Assembly (NCBI GenBank): GCA_963741945.1
Contig: CAVUKA010000005.1
Span: 320,001-384,000, forward strand
DNA length: 64,000 nucleotides
From: an uncultured Gemmatimonadales bacterium
Lineage (GTDB): Bacteria > Gemmatimonadota > Gemmatimonadetes > Longimicrobiales > RSA9
Direction of reading: 5' to 3'
Part shown: positions 37,783 through 47,360 of the stretch, one piece after another
Layout: each line of letters begins with the position of its first letter
Position numbering within the stretch: position 1 is the stretch's first letter
The notes under the pieces: model-generated
Database searches by the model: none
Seen by the model: only the letters and a program-made list of their open reading frames with translations
What the model was told of the DNA's origin: nothing
Translations under genes and position numbers: made by a program

Positions 37783-38496
37783 TCACCAGAAGCTCCAGCT
37801 GCCGGTCCACAGCACGTAGGCGCCCAGCAGCCCGTTCGTGACCGCGTGGGCGAGGATGGTCACGCGCAGGCTCTCGGTGCGGCGGTACAGCTCGCCGTAC
37901 GCCAGCCCGGCCAGCAGCCCCGCGAACCAGAGCCGGTGCTCCAGGGCGAACACCGCCGAAGTGATCAGCAGCGCCTTCCACCCCACCGTGCGCGGCCGCA
38001 CGTCCAGGAAGCGCGGCCGCTCCAGCCAGCGCATGAGGAACGCGCGCCAGAACAGCTCCTCGATGACAGGCACCACCAGCGTGGCGCCAGCCAGGCGGGC
38101 CGCCGCGAGCCCCGGGTGTATCGCGCCGCCCACGCGCGGGTCGAAGCCGCTCGCCTCGCCGAACACGAGCGGCGGGAAGTCGAGGAGGATCCAGGCGACG
38201 AGCACCCCCACGCCCACCGCCACGCCGGCCGCCCACCCCCGCACCCCCGCGGCCCGGGGGCCCCAGACGCCCGGCAGCGCCGCATAGACGGGCCAGAGCG
38301 CCAGCAGGAGCGCGGCGGTGAGGGCGGAGCGGATGGCATAGAGCCAGCGAGGGTCGAGCGCCGGCGCCACCACGCCGGCCACGTACGGCTCGATGCCCAG
38401 GAGTACGACGAAAAGGGCGAACGGGGCGACGAACGGCCATGCCGGGGGACGGGGCGACGTCGCCTGCGCGGGATCGGGCACTGGCACCTCAGCCAA
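37783..38496 (-). CDS. CAAX prenyl protease-related (CPBP) protein, PEP-CTERM system-associated
   Basis: Motifs PVIEELFWR, FALEH, AHAVTN; multi-TM. Confidence 0.85.
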   Translation of the reverse strand: MAEVPVPDPAQATSPRPPAWPFVAPFALFVVLLGIEPYVAGVVAPALDPRWLYAIRSALTAALLLALWPVYAALPGVWGPRAAGVRGWAAGVAVGVGVLVAWILLDFPPLVFGEASGFDPRVGGAIHPGLAAARLAGATLVVPVIEELFWRAFLMRWLERPRFLDVRPRTVGWKALLITSAVFALEHRLWFAGLLAGLAYGELYRRTESLRVTILAHAVTNGLLGAYVLWTGSWSFW

Positions 38497-39310
38497 GGTT
38501 TCGCAGGAATTCGATCACGGCCGGAGACACCACTTCCGGGAACTCGGCGTGCGGATAATGCCCGGCCCCGGGCACCAGCAGCACCTCGGCCTCGAGCCGG
38601 TCGGCCACGATCTCCGCTTCGGCCGCGGGATCCGGGAAGTCCGGGTCCTCCTCGCCCATGACCACGAGCGCCGGCACACCCACTTCGTCCAGCCGGGCGT
38701 CCACGGGGGCGTGGGAAGTCCGGGTGGTGGCCGCGAACGCCGCGGCCTTCCCCGGCTCCCGGAGCATGCGCGCGATGCGCTGCCGGTGCGCTTGGAAGTC
38801 CGGCGGCTTCCGGCCCGGGAAGAGGCGGGGATACCAGGCGAGCCAGGCCGCGCGGGCCCACGGCCGCATCATGGCCACGCGGAACATCAGCTCCATGGCC
38901 CGGCCCACCGGGACCTGCCGGACGAAGGGGCCGATGAGCACCAGCCCCCTCACCCTTTCCGGCGCCTCCGTGGCGGCCCACGCGGCCGCGCCAGCGCCCA
39001 TGGAGTTCCCGATCAGCACGGCGCTCCCGCCGAGCGCCTCCAGCAGCGCCACCACGTCGGAGCCGGCGGCCACGTCGTCGTAGGACGAGAAGGTGGCGTC
39101 GCTCTCGCCGTGGCCGCGCAGGTCCATGGTGGCCACGCGAAAGCCCGCGCCCACCAGGTCGGGCGCGAGGAACCGGAACGACGCGCGGATCTCGCCCATC
39201 CCCGGGACGCAGACCACGAGCGGGCCCTCGCCCACGGTGTCGTAGGCGATGCGGCCTCCGGGCCGCTGCAGGAACAGGGGATCTGTCTGGCGGCTTTCCG
39301 GTGGGTTCAT
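38489..39310 (-). CDS. Alpha/beta hydrolase
   Basis: DLRGHGES, nucleophile GNSMG, GEED, GAGHYP. Confidence 0.92.
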   Translation of the reverse strand: MNPPESRQTDPLFLQRPGGRIAYDTVGEGPLVVCVPGMGEIRASFRFLAPDLVGAGFRVATMDLRGHGESDATFSSYDDVAAGSDVVALLEALGGSAVLIGNSMGAGAAAWAATEAPERVRGLVLIGPFVRQVPVGRAMELMFRVAMMRPWARAAWLAWYPRLFPGRKPPDFQAHRQRIARMLREPGKAAAFAATTRTSHAPVDARLDEVGVPALVVMGEEDPDFPDPAAEAEIVADRLEAEVLLVPGAGHYPHAEFPEVVSPAVIEFLRNLG

Positions 39311-39587
39311 GTGACAGATGGTCTCTTTTGGCTCTTGATCTGCGCAATGGTGACGGGTATCGTCAAGATTCAGTCTAAGGGTGCAGTCAACGTACGCGCA
39401 TCATGCGGCCATGCCGACGATCGGCGTGGCGGGCTTTGGGTCGCATTTTCGGGGGCCGTGGTCTGGATTGCGGCCTAGCACCTCAGTCTCGCGGCGCTCC
39501 CCTCCTGCGCAGTACGGACCACCACGAATATCCTTTCTCCATGCGGATGAGTTGAGCCCACCAAGCGCCACGAGCGCACACCCGGCG

Positions 39588-40748
39588 GTGATCGGACGGG
39601 GTGGGAACCGGAAGGCTCGCTTCCTGTTCGTGGACGGCATGAGGGGCGTCGCCGCGCTGCTGGTGGTCCTGTATCACTTTGTCGATACCCTGGCGGGCCC
39701 TCTCCGCAGCGGTGTCACCAGCCCGCTGGTCTGGGTGTCCAGCCACGGCAATCTCGGTGTCGACATCTTCTTTGTGCTCAGCGGGTTCGTCATCGCCCAC
39801 AGCGTGGTGGGGGGCCGTTATACCTGGAAGTACTTCGGGCGCTATGCGTCGAGGCGCATCGTGCGGCTCGATCCACCCCTCTGGGTGACGATTGCGCTCG
39901 AGCTGCTGCTCGTCCGGGCAGGTCTCGCTCTGTATCCCGAACTGGCTTCGCACATGCCGACGGGTCGCGAAGTCCTGAGTAACATGACGTATACGCAACG
40001 GTTCCTCGGATACGGTGAAGTGGTGCCCGTATTCTGGAGCCTGACGTACGAAGTCCAGTTCTATATCATCACCGTTCTTGCATGCGTGGCCGCCGCGAAA
40101 GTGGAAGGCCGATCCGCCATCGCGCGATCCGCGCGAATGGTGCCCCTGCTAAACGTGGCCTTCGGGGTCGCCTTCATATATTCGGTCCTCATTTGGGTTG
40201 GAGTCTTCCCTTTGCCAGTCCGAGGGCTTTTTGTCGATCGTTGGTTCCAATTTGCGCTCGGTATCACTGCTTGGATGGTGGTTCAAAGGAGGACGCCCCT
40301 CAGGCGCTGGGCGTTTCTCGCGACGTTAGCCGTGTTGGCAGGTCTGCTGATCGCCCCAAATGCCTATCGATGCCAGACAACATGTGTCGCAGCCTTGACC
40401 AGCGGCGCCCTGGTGTGGGTTGGCATGCGCGGGGAGATGCATGCACACCTTTCCGGCCGTACGCTTCAGTTCCTCGGCAAAGTATCATACAGCCTGTACC
40501 TCATTCATCTCGTCATCGGCGCCCGGTTTCTGAAGGTGGCCATGCGCGTGACGGGGCCTGACATTGGCACTGCCACTGCCCTGGTCCTGCTCGCCGCGTC
40601 GGTGACGGTCAGCGTCTTCGCCGCCTGGGTTCTGAATGTAGCCGTAGAGCGACCCTCGATGACCTTCGCCCGGCGCATTCGGCTTCCCAAGCGCGATCGG
40701 GCCACGGTTCCTGCCAGCACGCCCACAGCGGTAAAGCCGACCCCGTAA
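39588..40748 (+). CDS. Acyltransferase family 3 (OafA-like O-acyltransferase)
   Basis: Motifs DGMRGVAA-xx-VV-xx-H, GVDIFFVLSGFVI, RR-xx-R, WSL-x-YE-x-QFY, LG-x-SYSLYLIH. Start uncertain. Confidence 0.9.
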   Translation: MIGRGGNRKARFLFVDGMRGVAALLVVLYHFVDTLAGPLRSGVTSPLVWVSSHGNLGVDIFFVLSGFVIAHSVVGGRYTWKYFGRYASRRIVRLDPPLWVTIALELLLVRAGLALYPELASHMPTGREVLSNMTYTQRFLGYGEVVPVFWSLTYEVQFYIITVLACVAAAKVEGRSAIARSARMVPLLNVAFGVAFIYSVLIWVGVFPLPVRGLFVDRWFQFALGITAWMVVQRRTPLRRWAFLATLAVLAGLLIAPNAYRCQTTCVAALTSGALVWVGMRGEMHAHLSGRTLQFLGKVSYSLYLIHLVIGARFLKVAMRVTGPDIGTATALVLLAASVTVSVFAAWVLNVAVERPSMTFARRIRLPKRDRATVPASTPTAVKPTP

Positions 40749-41357
40749 CCACGCGGAGTCAGCCGAGGTTGACCTCGGACCGCCTCGATCCGCCGACGTG
40801 CCGAACATCCGCGGCAATAGCCGCGCGCCGTCTCTTGGATGGGACCGCCGAAGCGGCAGACGTCCTCGAGGCGATGGGGAGATATGGGCCCCGCGTGCAG
40901 CCCCCTCGACGTCCTCCTCGACCTCGAACGGGGCACGCCGCGACATCCACGGCCAGCCGGCCGAGGGAGAAGCGACAGCACTCGGGCACGCACGCCTCCG
41001 GATCCCGCGGCGTTCGTAGTCCGGCGGTGCGTGACCGTTTCTACCTTGAGCAGCACCGCCTCACCAGACAACCGCTCTGGCCACAGACACCCGCGGAGCA
41101 CCTATAAATCGCGGAGCATGCCGCGGGCGGCAAGCTCCAGGGCATGGTCACATCAGGCCGCTAACGCCGGCCCGGCACAACGCCGTGGCTTACCTGGCGA
41201 GCGCTCGCCGTCCGCGAAGTCTCCCGGCCCGGAAGCCTGCGCGCCCACCGTCCTTTCTTAGCTTCGTGCCCCCGTGGCTTCGTGTGAAAGCCCGGCTGCC
41301 GGTCATGCTGCCCTTCTTCAGCCGCTCTTCAACCCGTCGGCGCCGTCCCGCCCCGGG

Positions 41358-42098
41358 TCAACCCTCTTCCCCCCGGGCCGGCGCCGGGAAGAGCATGGAG
41401 ACGCGCTGCCGGTACGCCTGGTACGCGTCGCCGTAGATGCGGAGCAGGTCCCGCTCCTCGAGCTGGATCGCCATCAGCATGTACGCCAGTGTCCCCACGG
41501 CGAACACCATGTGGCCCACCGTCATCGTCGGCGTGGCCCAGAACGCGATGGTGAAGCCCAGGTAGATCGGGTGGCGGACCATCCTGTAGAAGCCGCGCAT
41601 TGACAGCTCCAGGCCGGACTGCGGCTCTCCTTTCATGTACAGCCACGCCTGCCTCAGGCCGAACAGGTCCCAGTGGCTCGTCAGCCACGTGCTGATGAAG
41701 ACGATCCCCCAGCCAGCCAGCGAGACGCCCAGCAGGACGGGACGCCAGACACCACCCACGCTCCACACCACCCCACCGATCGGCCGCCATTGCCAGAACA
41801 GCAGCGCCAGCGCCAGACTCGCGAACAGCACGTACGTGCTCCGCTCGATCGGCTTCGGCACCACGCGCGTCCACCACCGCTTGAACCCACTGCGCGCCAT
41901 GCCGCTGTGCTGGAGCGCGAACAGCAGCAGCAGCGCGCCATCCACCGCCAGTGCCTTCCCCAGCGGCGTGGCCGGCCCCACATCCAGGCTGCGCGGGACG
42001 CCCACGTTCGCCACGAAGCCGACGGCGTACACGAACACCACGAAGAACGCCAGGTAGCAGGCCACCGCGTACAGCAGGAAGAGCGTTCGCTTCAACAT
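41358..42098 (-). CDS. mddA: Methanethiol S-methyltransferase-like (ICMT/NnrU fold) membrane protein
   Basis: Motifs FALQHSGMAR, IERSTYVL, FGLRQ, Y-xx-VRHPIY, WATPTMT, EERDL. GAGGAGG RBS. Confidence 0.75.
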   Translation of the reverse strand: MLKRTLFLLYAVACYLAFFVVFVYAVGFVANVGVPRSLDVGPATPLGKALAVDGALLLLFALQHSGMARSGFKRWWTRVVPKPIERSTYVLFASLALALLFWQWRPIGGVVWSVGGVWRPVLLGVSLAGWGIVFISTWLTSHWDLFGLRQAWLYMKGEPQSGLELSMRGFYRMVRHPIYLGFTIAFWATPTMTVGHMVFAVGTLAYMLMAIQLEERDLLRIYGDAYQAYRQRVSMLFPAPARGEEG

Positions 42099-42148
42099 CA
42101 GGTCCTCCTCGGGTAGGGGTCGAACAGGGAACAACGAATCGCCGCAAT

Positions 42149-42174
42149 CTCCATACCGACCAGTCGGTATGGAG
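42149..42174. promoter_or_regulatory. Palindromic TetR operator upstream of the mddA-like gene
   Basis: Perfect 12-bp IR CTCCATACCGAC-CA-GTCGGTATGGAG. The core is repeated at 42813-42828. Confidence 0.75.
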
Positions 42175-42204
42175 GGCGCACAAAAAAACGACGCCGCGGC
42201 CCGG

Positions 42205-42801
42205 CTACTCCACGCCCGCCGGCTCCGCCGGGTCGAGGCGCGCGGCCACGCTCCGTCTGAAGCGGCGCAGGCCGGCGGCGATCCGTTCCGGATCCCCGTG
42301 GGCCCGCGCCAGGATGATCGATCCTTCGAGCATCATCAGCATTTCCTCCGCGAAAGCGGCACCCTCCGCGCGGTCACCCACTACCGCCTGGAAGAGGGGC
42401 GTCACGCCGGCCACGAGCTCGTCGAAGAGCGCCGCGACGCGCGCGTGGATCGTCGGGTTCGACTCGGCCAGCTCGGTGGCGAACGCGCCCATGAGACACC
42501 CGTGCTGCCAGAACGCGGGGGCGATGCGCTCCACGTGCTCCATGAACGCGTCGAGGCGGCCGCGGGGGTCGAGAATGGTCGCGTAGCGGCCCGTCCGGAC
42601 CCGGGCCACGCCCTCCCTGTAGAAGCGCTCGAGGAGCGCGAGCCCGTAGCTCTCCTTGTCCGGGAAGAAGTGATAGAAGCTCCCCTTGCTCACGGCCGCC
42701 CCGGCGCAGATCTCGTCGATGGTCGTGGCGTGATAGCCGCGGGCGAGCATGAGGCTGCGGCCGGCATCGAGGAGTCGGGATCGGGTGTCGGAGTCGGCCA
42801 T
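42205..42801 (-). CDS. TetR-family regulator (NemR-like)
   Basis: HTH region GY-x-ATTIDEI...VSKGSFYHFF-x-DK; C-terminal GCL-x-G. Confidence 0.92.
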   Translation of the reverse strand: MADSDTRSRLLDAGRSLMLARGYHATTIDEICAGAAVSKGSFYHFFPDKESYGLALLERFYREGVARVRTGRYATILDPRGRLDAFMEHVERIAPAFWQHGCLMGAFATELAESNPTIHARVAALFDELVAGVTPLFQAVVGDRAEGAAFAEEMLMMLEGSIILARAHGDPERIAAGLRRFRRSVAARLDPAEPAGVE

Positions 42802-42806
42802 GTCGC

Positions 42807-42835
42807 ACGATAAACCGACCAGTTGGTACAGTCAA
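42807..42835 (-). promoter_or_regulatory. Sigma-70 promoter of tetR with an operator in the spacer; probably leaderless mRNA
   Basis: TTGACT-N17-TATCGT on the minus strand. ATG lies 5 nt after the -10 box. Spacer holds AACCGACCAGTTGGTA (14/16 identical to the 42154-42169 core). Confidence 0.65.
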
Positions 42836-42920
42836 GGCGGGCTGCGGCAAAGACGCCGTCATTGCGGTGCCCGCGGCGCACCCGACATCTTGACGGTGCA
42901 GCCTTTGAAAGGCATCCGGA

Positions 42921-44630
42921 ATGGAACGCTCTCTCCGCCGTTTCGCCGTCGAGCTGCGGCGCCGCAAAGTGTACCGTGCGGCGGCCGGCTACGTCCTCGT
43001 GGCGTTCGTGGTATGGCAGGCCGCGGACATCGCCTTCCCCGCGCTGGGGCTGCCGCCCGGCGCACTGACGGCGGTCCTCGTCGCCACGATCCTGGGCTTT
43101 CCGCTCGCGCTGGTCCTGGCATGGTCGTACGAGCTGTCGCCGGAGGGCGGCAGCGGGGCTCCGACCGGCGCGGAGGCGGCGGGGTGCGAGGCGCGCTGCT
43201 CGATCGCGGTTCTTCCCTTCTCGAACCTGAGCACGGAGCTCGGAAGCCAGTATTTCGCGGACGGGATCGCGGAGGAGCTCATCAACGCGCTGGCGCAGAT
43301 CCGCGGGCTGCGCGTGGTTGCGCGGACCTCTTCGTTCCGCTTCCGGGAGACCGGCGCGGACGCGCGCGAGATCGGGCAGACGCTGGGGGTCAGTCACGTG
43401 GTTGAAGGGAGCATCCGTCGCTCTGGCGGGCTGCTGCGGGTCACTGCGCAGCTGGTGGATGCGAAGCGCGGATGGCAGCTCTGGTCGGACCGGTTCGAGC
43501 GCCCGGTGGGGGACGTGTTCCGGATCCAGGATGAGATCGTCCAGGCCGTCGCGGAAAGTCTGCTCAGGCGCCTTCCATCGGAGAGCGAGCAGCGGGGCTT
43601 CGCTCGCGCGGTGGTCCCGGAGGCCTATGACGCCTATCTCCGTGCCCGCAGCGCGCAGATGGAGCTGGACGCGGAATCCATCGGCCGGGCGACGCGGCTC
43701 TACCAGACTGCGATCGGCCACGACGCGTCGTGCGCGCTGGCCTACGCGGGGCTGGCGGACGCGCTCCTGCTTCTCGCGGCCGGCTTCGGCACGGACCGGC
43801 CCGGGCCGCTGGTCCGCCGGGCGCGGGTCGCCATCGAGGAAGCGCTGGAGCTCGCCCCCCACCTTCCCGAGGCCCACGTGGCGCGGGCCACGCTCCTGCT
43901 CTTCCACGAGTGGGATTACGATGGCGCCCGCCGGGAGCTCGAGCGAGCGCTGGAGCTGAGCCCGAGCTCGCTGGAGGCGCACCTCACCATGGAGATGTAC
44001 CACACGTACGTCCGCGCCGACGGCGAGGCCGCTCTGGCCATGGCGACGCGGGCGTGCGAGCTCAGCCCCATCGACCCCCGCGCCCGCATCCGGCTCGGGT
44101 ACGTCCACGTGTTCGCCGGGCGGCTGCGCAGGGCCGAAGCGGTGTTCCGCGCCATGGTCGATGCCGACCAGGCGTTTACCGCCGCCGCCATCGGGCTCGC
44201 CGAGACCCTGACCCGCACAGGCCATACGCTGGAAGCCGCCTCCCTTGCCCGACGCGCACTCGAGGTCGGGCCCGCGTCGGACAACACGCTCGGGCAGGCC
44301 GGTGCCGTGCTGGCGGCCTGCGGCCACGGCACCGAGGCCGTGAGCTGTCTTCGTGAGCTGGAAGACCGGGGCGCCCGCGGCGCTGCCGCCCATTTCTGGG
44401 AGGGGGTCCTGCTCGCGGCGCTGGGTTGGACGGACGACGCGTTCGAGCACATCGACCGGGCGCTGGCCGAGCACGATCCCAGCCTCCTCTTCCTGTCCGT
44501 GGTGCCCGTGCCTGCGCTCCGCGACGACCCGCGCTACGCCCAGGCCCTCCGGCGCCTCGGGCTCGGCGGCCTTCCCGCCGCGGCGACGCCGCCGCCGCTC
44601 GTCCCCGCCGCCCCGGCGGAGACTGCCTGA
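42921..44630 (+). CDS. TolB-like N-terminal domain / TPR protein
   Basis: ELRRRKVYR membrane hairpin, SIAVLPF-x-N, YFADGIAEEL, RVVARTSSF, TPR repeats, LR-x-DPRY. Confidence 0.85.
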   Translation: MERSLRRFAVELRRRKVYRAAAGYVLVAFVVWQAADIAFPALGLPPGALTAVLVATILGFPLALVLAWSYELSPEGGSGAPTGAEAAGCEARCSIAVLPFSNLSTELGSQYFADGIAEELINALAQIRGLRVVARTSSFRFRETGADAREIGQTLGVSHVVEGSIRRSGGLLRVTAQLVDAKRGWQLWSDRFERPVGDVFRIQDEIVQAVAESLLRRLPSESEQRGFARAVVPEAYDAYLRARSAQMELDAESIGRATRLYQTAIGHDASCALAYAGLADALLLLAAGFGTDRPGPLVRRARVAIEEALELAPHLPEAHVARATLLLFHEWDYDGARRELERALELSPSSLEAHLTMEMYHTYVRADGEAALAMATRACELSPIDPRARIRLGYVHVFAGRLRRAEAVFRAMVDADQAFTAAAIGLAETLTRTGHTLEAASLARRALEVGPASDNTLGQAGAVLAACGHGTEAVSCLRELEDRGARGAAAHFWEGVLLAALGWTDDAFEHIDRALAEHDPSLLFLSVVPVPALRDDPRYAQALRRLGLGGLPAAATPPPLVPAAPAETA

Positions 44631-44794
44631 ATCAACGGCGGCTCCCTCATCCCTGGACGCGGCAGCTCCCCGCCCGCGTCCGGGCCCCGTGTCCCGGCCC
44701 CTGCGCCCCGGCGCGCCATCGCCGCTGGAATCGTCCTTGCACGCCCTCCAGATCGGTTGACCCCCGTAAACAGAATTGAAACGAGAGGAGCGAC

Positions 44795-44952
44795 ATGAGC
44801 CCGCAGACGGCGGAGCAGACGATCCACCTGAACGTGCAGGCGAGGTACACGGGCGCGTGGGAGAGCTCGCCGAGGACAGCCGGAAGCTGAAGGCGCTGCG
44901 GCGACGGGCGCGGGAGCTGTACCGGGAGTTCCAGGAGGTCGCGGAGGCGTAA
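44795..44952 (+). pseudogene. Short, apparently frameshifted ORF remnant
   Basis: GAGGAG RBS then ATG (MSPQTAEQTIHLNVQ). Coding-like sequence continues in another frame to TAA 44952. Confidence 0.3.
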
Positions 44953-45018
44953 CTGGACGCGCGGTACACGGCTTGCCCGGCGTGACCGGGACCATCCACG
45001 AACGGAAAGACGAGGCCA

Positions 45019-45336
45019 ATGGGATTCGAACAGTATCACGAGCCTGCGAACGAGCTGCCGGAGGAGACCCGGAGCTTCGCCCGGATGATCATCTCGCTCA
45101 TCGAGGAGGCGGAGGCGATCGACTGGTACGAGCAGAGGCTCGCAGTGGAGCGGGATGAGGAAGCGCGGGCCATCATGCGGAACGCGCAGAAGGAGGAGTA
45201 CAAGCACTTCGCCATGGACCTGGAATGGCTGTTCCGCCGGAAGCAGACGTGGCGGAAGATGTGCGAGATGGTGCTGTTCCAGGATGGTGACATCGTGGAG
45301 CTGGGCGAGAAAGCCGAGGAGGAAGTGCTCGAATAG
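45019..45336 (+). CDS. Small ferritin-like protein (encapsulated-ferritin/Flp family)
   Basis: SLIEEAEAIDWYEQR and EEYKHFAM-x-LEWL ferroxidase pattern; N-terminal YHEP. Confidence 0.85.
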   Translation: MGFEQYHEPANELPEETRSFARMIISLIEEAEAIDWYEQRLAVERDEEARAIMRNAQKEEYKHFAMDLEWLFRRKQTWRKMCEMVLFQDGDIVELGEKAEEEVLE

Positions 45337-45345
45337 CCGGCGCGC

Positions 45346-45380
45346 GGCGGCCCCCGCCCGGTCGCGGCGCGGGGCCGCCG
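45346..45380. terminator. GC-rich hairpin between convergent genes
   Basis: GGCGGCCCCCGC...GCGGGGCCGCC imperfect IR; no U-tract. Confidence 0.35.
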
Positions 45381-45406
45381 GCGCCTCCGGCTACCCCTCT
45401 ACTCGT

Positions 45407-47116
45407 CTACTCATCGTCGTCCTCGGCGCCTTCCTCCCTGAAATCCTCCTCCCAGAACTCCATGGGCCGCCGGTCCTCGGGGCGGCCGCTTTCGGCGCTG
45501 CGCAGTTCGACGCGGCGGATCTTCCCCGAGATGGTCTTGGGCAGCTCGCCGAACTCGATGCGGCGGATGCGCTTGAACGGGGAGAGGTGCTCGCGGATGT
45601 AGGCGAAGATGTGGCGGGCGAGCTCGGGCCCGGGCTCGTAGCCTTCGCGCACCACCAGAACGGCTTTCGGCACGCTGAGGCGCGTGGGGTGGGGACTCGG
45701 GATGACGGCCGCCTCCACCACGGCCTCGTGCTTGATGATGAAGCTCTCCAGCTCGAACGGGCTGATGCGGTAATCGGCGCTCTTGAAGACGTCGTCGGCG
45801 CGGCCGATGTAGGTCAGGTAGCCGTCGGCGTCGCGCGCGGCGACGTCGCCCGTCCGGTAATGGGTTCCGCCCAGCGCGTCGCGAGTCCGCTCGGGGTCGT
45901 CCGCGTACTCCTGCATGAGCGCCACGGGGCGCTGGTCGCCGAGCCGGAGCGCGATCTCGCCCTCCCCTTCCCCATCGATCTCGTGGCCGTCCCGATCCAG
46001 CAGGACCACGGGGTAGCCGGGGAGCGGCCGGCCCATGGAGCCGACCTTGAGCGGCTGCCCTGGCGGGTTCGCGACCTGCGCCGTGGTCTCCGTCTGGCCG
46101 TAGCCGTCGCGCGGCCTGATCCCCCAGGCGGCCTCGAGCGCGTCGATCACCTTCGGGTTCAGCGGCTCTCCCGCGCTCACGATCTCGCGCAGCTTCACGG
46201 GCGATGCGGCCAGGTCCTGTCCGATGAGGAGGCGCCAGACCGTGGGTGGGGCGCACATGGTGGTGACGCCGCAGCGCCCGAGCACGTCGAGCGTGCGCGC
46301 GGCGTCGAAGCGGTCGTACTGGTAGACGAACACGGTGGCGCCCGCGTTCCACGGCGCGAAGAAGCTGCTCCACGCGTGCTTGGCCCACCCGGGCGAGGAG
46401 ACGTTCAGGTGGACATCTCCCTCCTGGAGGCCGATCCAGTACATGGTGGAGAGGTGGCCCACGGGGTAGCTCTGGTGCGAGTGCAGGACGAGCTTGGGCT
46501 CCGACGTGGTCCCGCTGGTGAAGTAGAGGAGGAGCGGATCCGTGGCCCGGGTGACGCCGTCCGGCCGGAACGCCGCGTCCGCCCGGTAGGCATCGTGATA
46601 CCGGTGCCAGCCGGGGACTTCGTCGCCTGCCGCGATCCGGGTCTGTCCGTCCAGGAGCCCTTCGAACTTGGACGCCTGCGAGGAATCGGCCACGATGTGG
46701 CGGACGTCACCGCGGACCAGCCGGTCCCGGAGGTCGTCCTCCGACAGGAGCATGGTGGCGGGGATCACCACGGCCCCGAGCTTCATGGCCGCCAGCATGG
46801 TCTCCCAGATCGGGACGTCGTTCGGGAGCATGAGGAGCATTCGATCCCCCCGCTGAACGCCGAGCTCGCGGAGGTAGGCGGCCACGCGGTTCGAGCGCTC
46901 CGACATCTCCTGGAAGCTCAGCTTCTGCACCGTGCCGCCTTCCGCTTCGACCCAGAGCGCGGGGCGCTCGTTCCCCTGCGCGTACGGGTCGAACCAGTCG
47001 AGGGCCCAGTTGAAGGTGTCGAGCTGCGGCCAGCGGAACTCGCGCACGGCCGTGGGGGCGTCCGAGCAATGGTCGAGGAGGAACTGACGGGCGCGGCGGA
47101 ATGCTTCGGCGGACAT
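45407..47116 (-). CDS. Acyl-CoA synthetase (AMP-binding)
   Basis: Motifs YFTSGTT-x-EPK, SAGEPLN, DGYGQTE, YRTGD, GRADD, PKTISGKIRR. Confidence 0.93.
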   Translation of the reverse strand: MSAEAFRRARQFLLDHCSDAPTAVREFRWPQLDTFNWALDWFDPYAQGNERPALWVEAEGGTVQKLSFQEMSERSNRVAAYLRELGVQRGDRMLLMLPNDVPIWETMLAAMKLGAVVIPATMLLSEDDLRDRLVRGDVRHIVADSSQASKFEGLLDGQTRIAAGDEVPGWHRYHDAYRADAAFRPDGVTRATDPLLLYFTSGTTSEPKLVLHSHQSYPVGHLSTMYWIGLQEGDVHLNVSSPGWAKHAWSSFFAPWNAGATVFVYQYDRFDAARTLDVLGRCGVTTMCAPPTVWRLLIGQDLAASPVKLREIVSAGEPLNPKVIDALEAAWGIRPRDGYGQTETTAQVANPPGQPLKVGSMGRPLPGYPVVLLDRDGHEIDGEGEGEIALRLGDQRPVALMQEYADDPERTRDALGGTHYRTGDVAARDADGYLTYIGRADDVFKSADYRISPFELESFIIKHEAVVEAAVIPSPHPTRLSVPKAVLVVREGYEPGPELARHIFAYIREHLSPFKRIRRIEFGELPKTISGKIRRVELRSAESGRPEDRRPMEFWEEDFREEGAEDDDE

Positions 47117-47360
47117 GTGCGGCGGGGTTGGAGCGGGGGAACGACCGCGCGCTCTTCCGGTAGAAGGAGCGACGGCGGGAAGAGTTCAGGATAGGTCACG
47201 TCCGCCCGGTGCGAAAGGAGTTGCGAGGCAGGTGAACGGGGTCGGCGCGAGGAGGTGGGTCAGGATGTGCCCGAGCTTGCCGGCGGGCGCGCCGGCGCCA
47301 CTTGTGGCCCGGCCGCTGGTTGGACAGTTTTCGTTTTTCCCCTGAATCAAGCTGGTTGTG

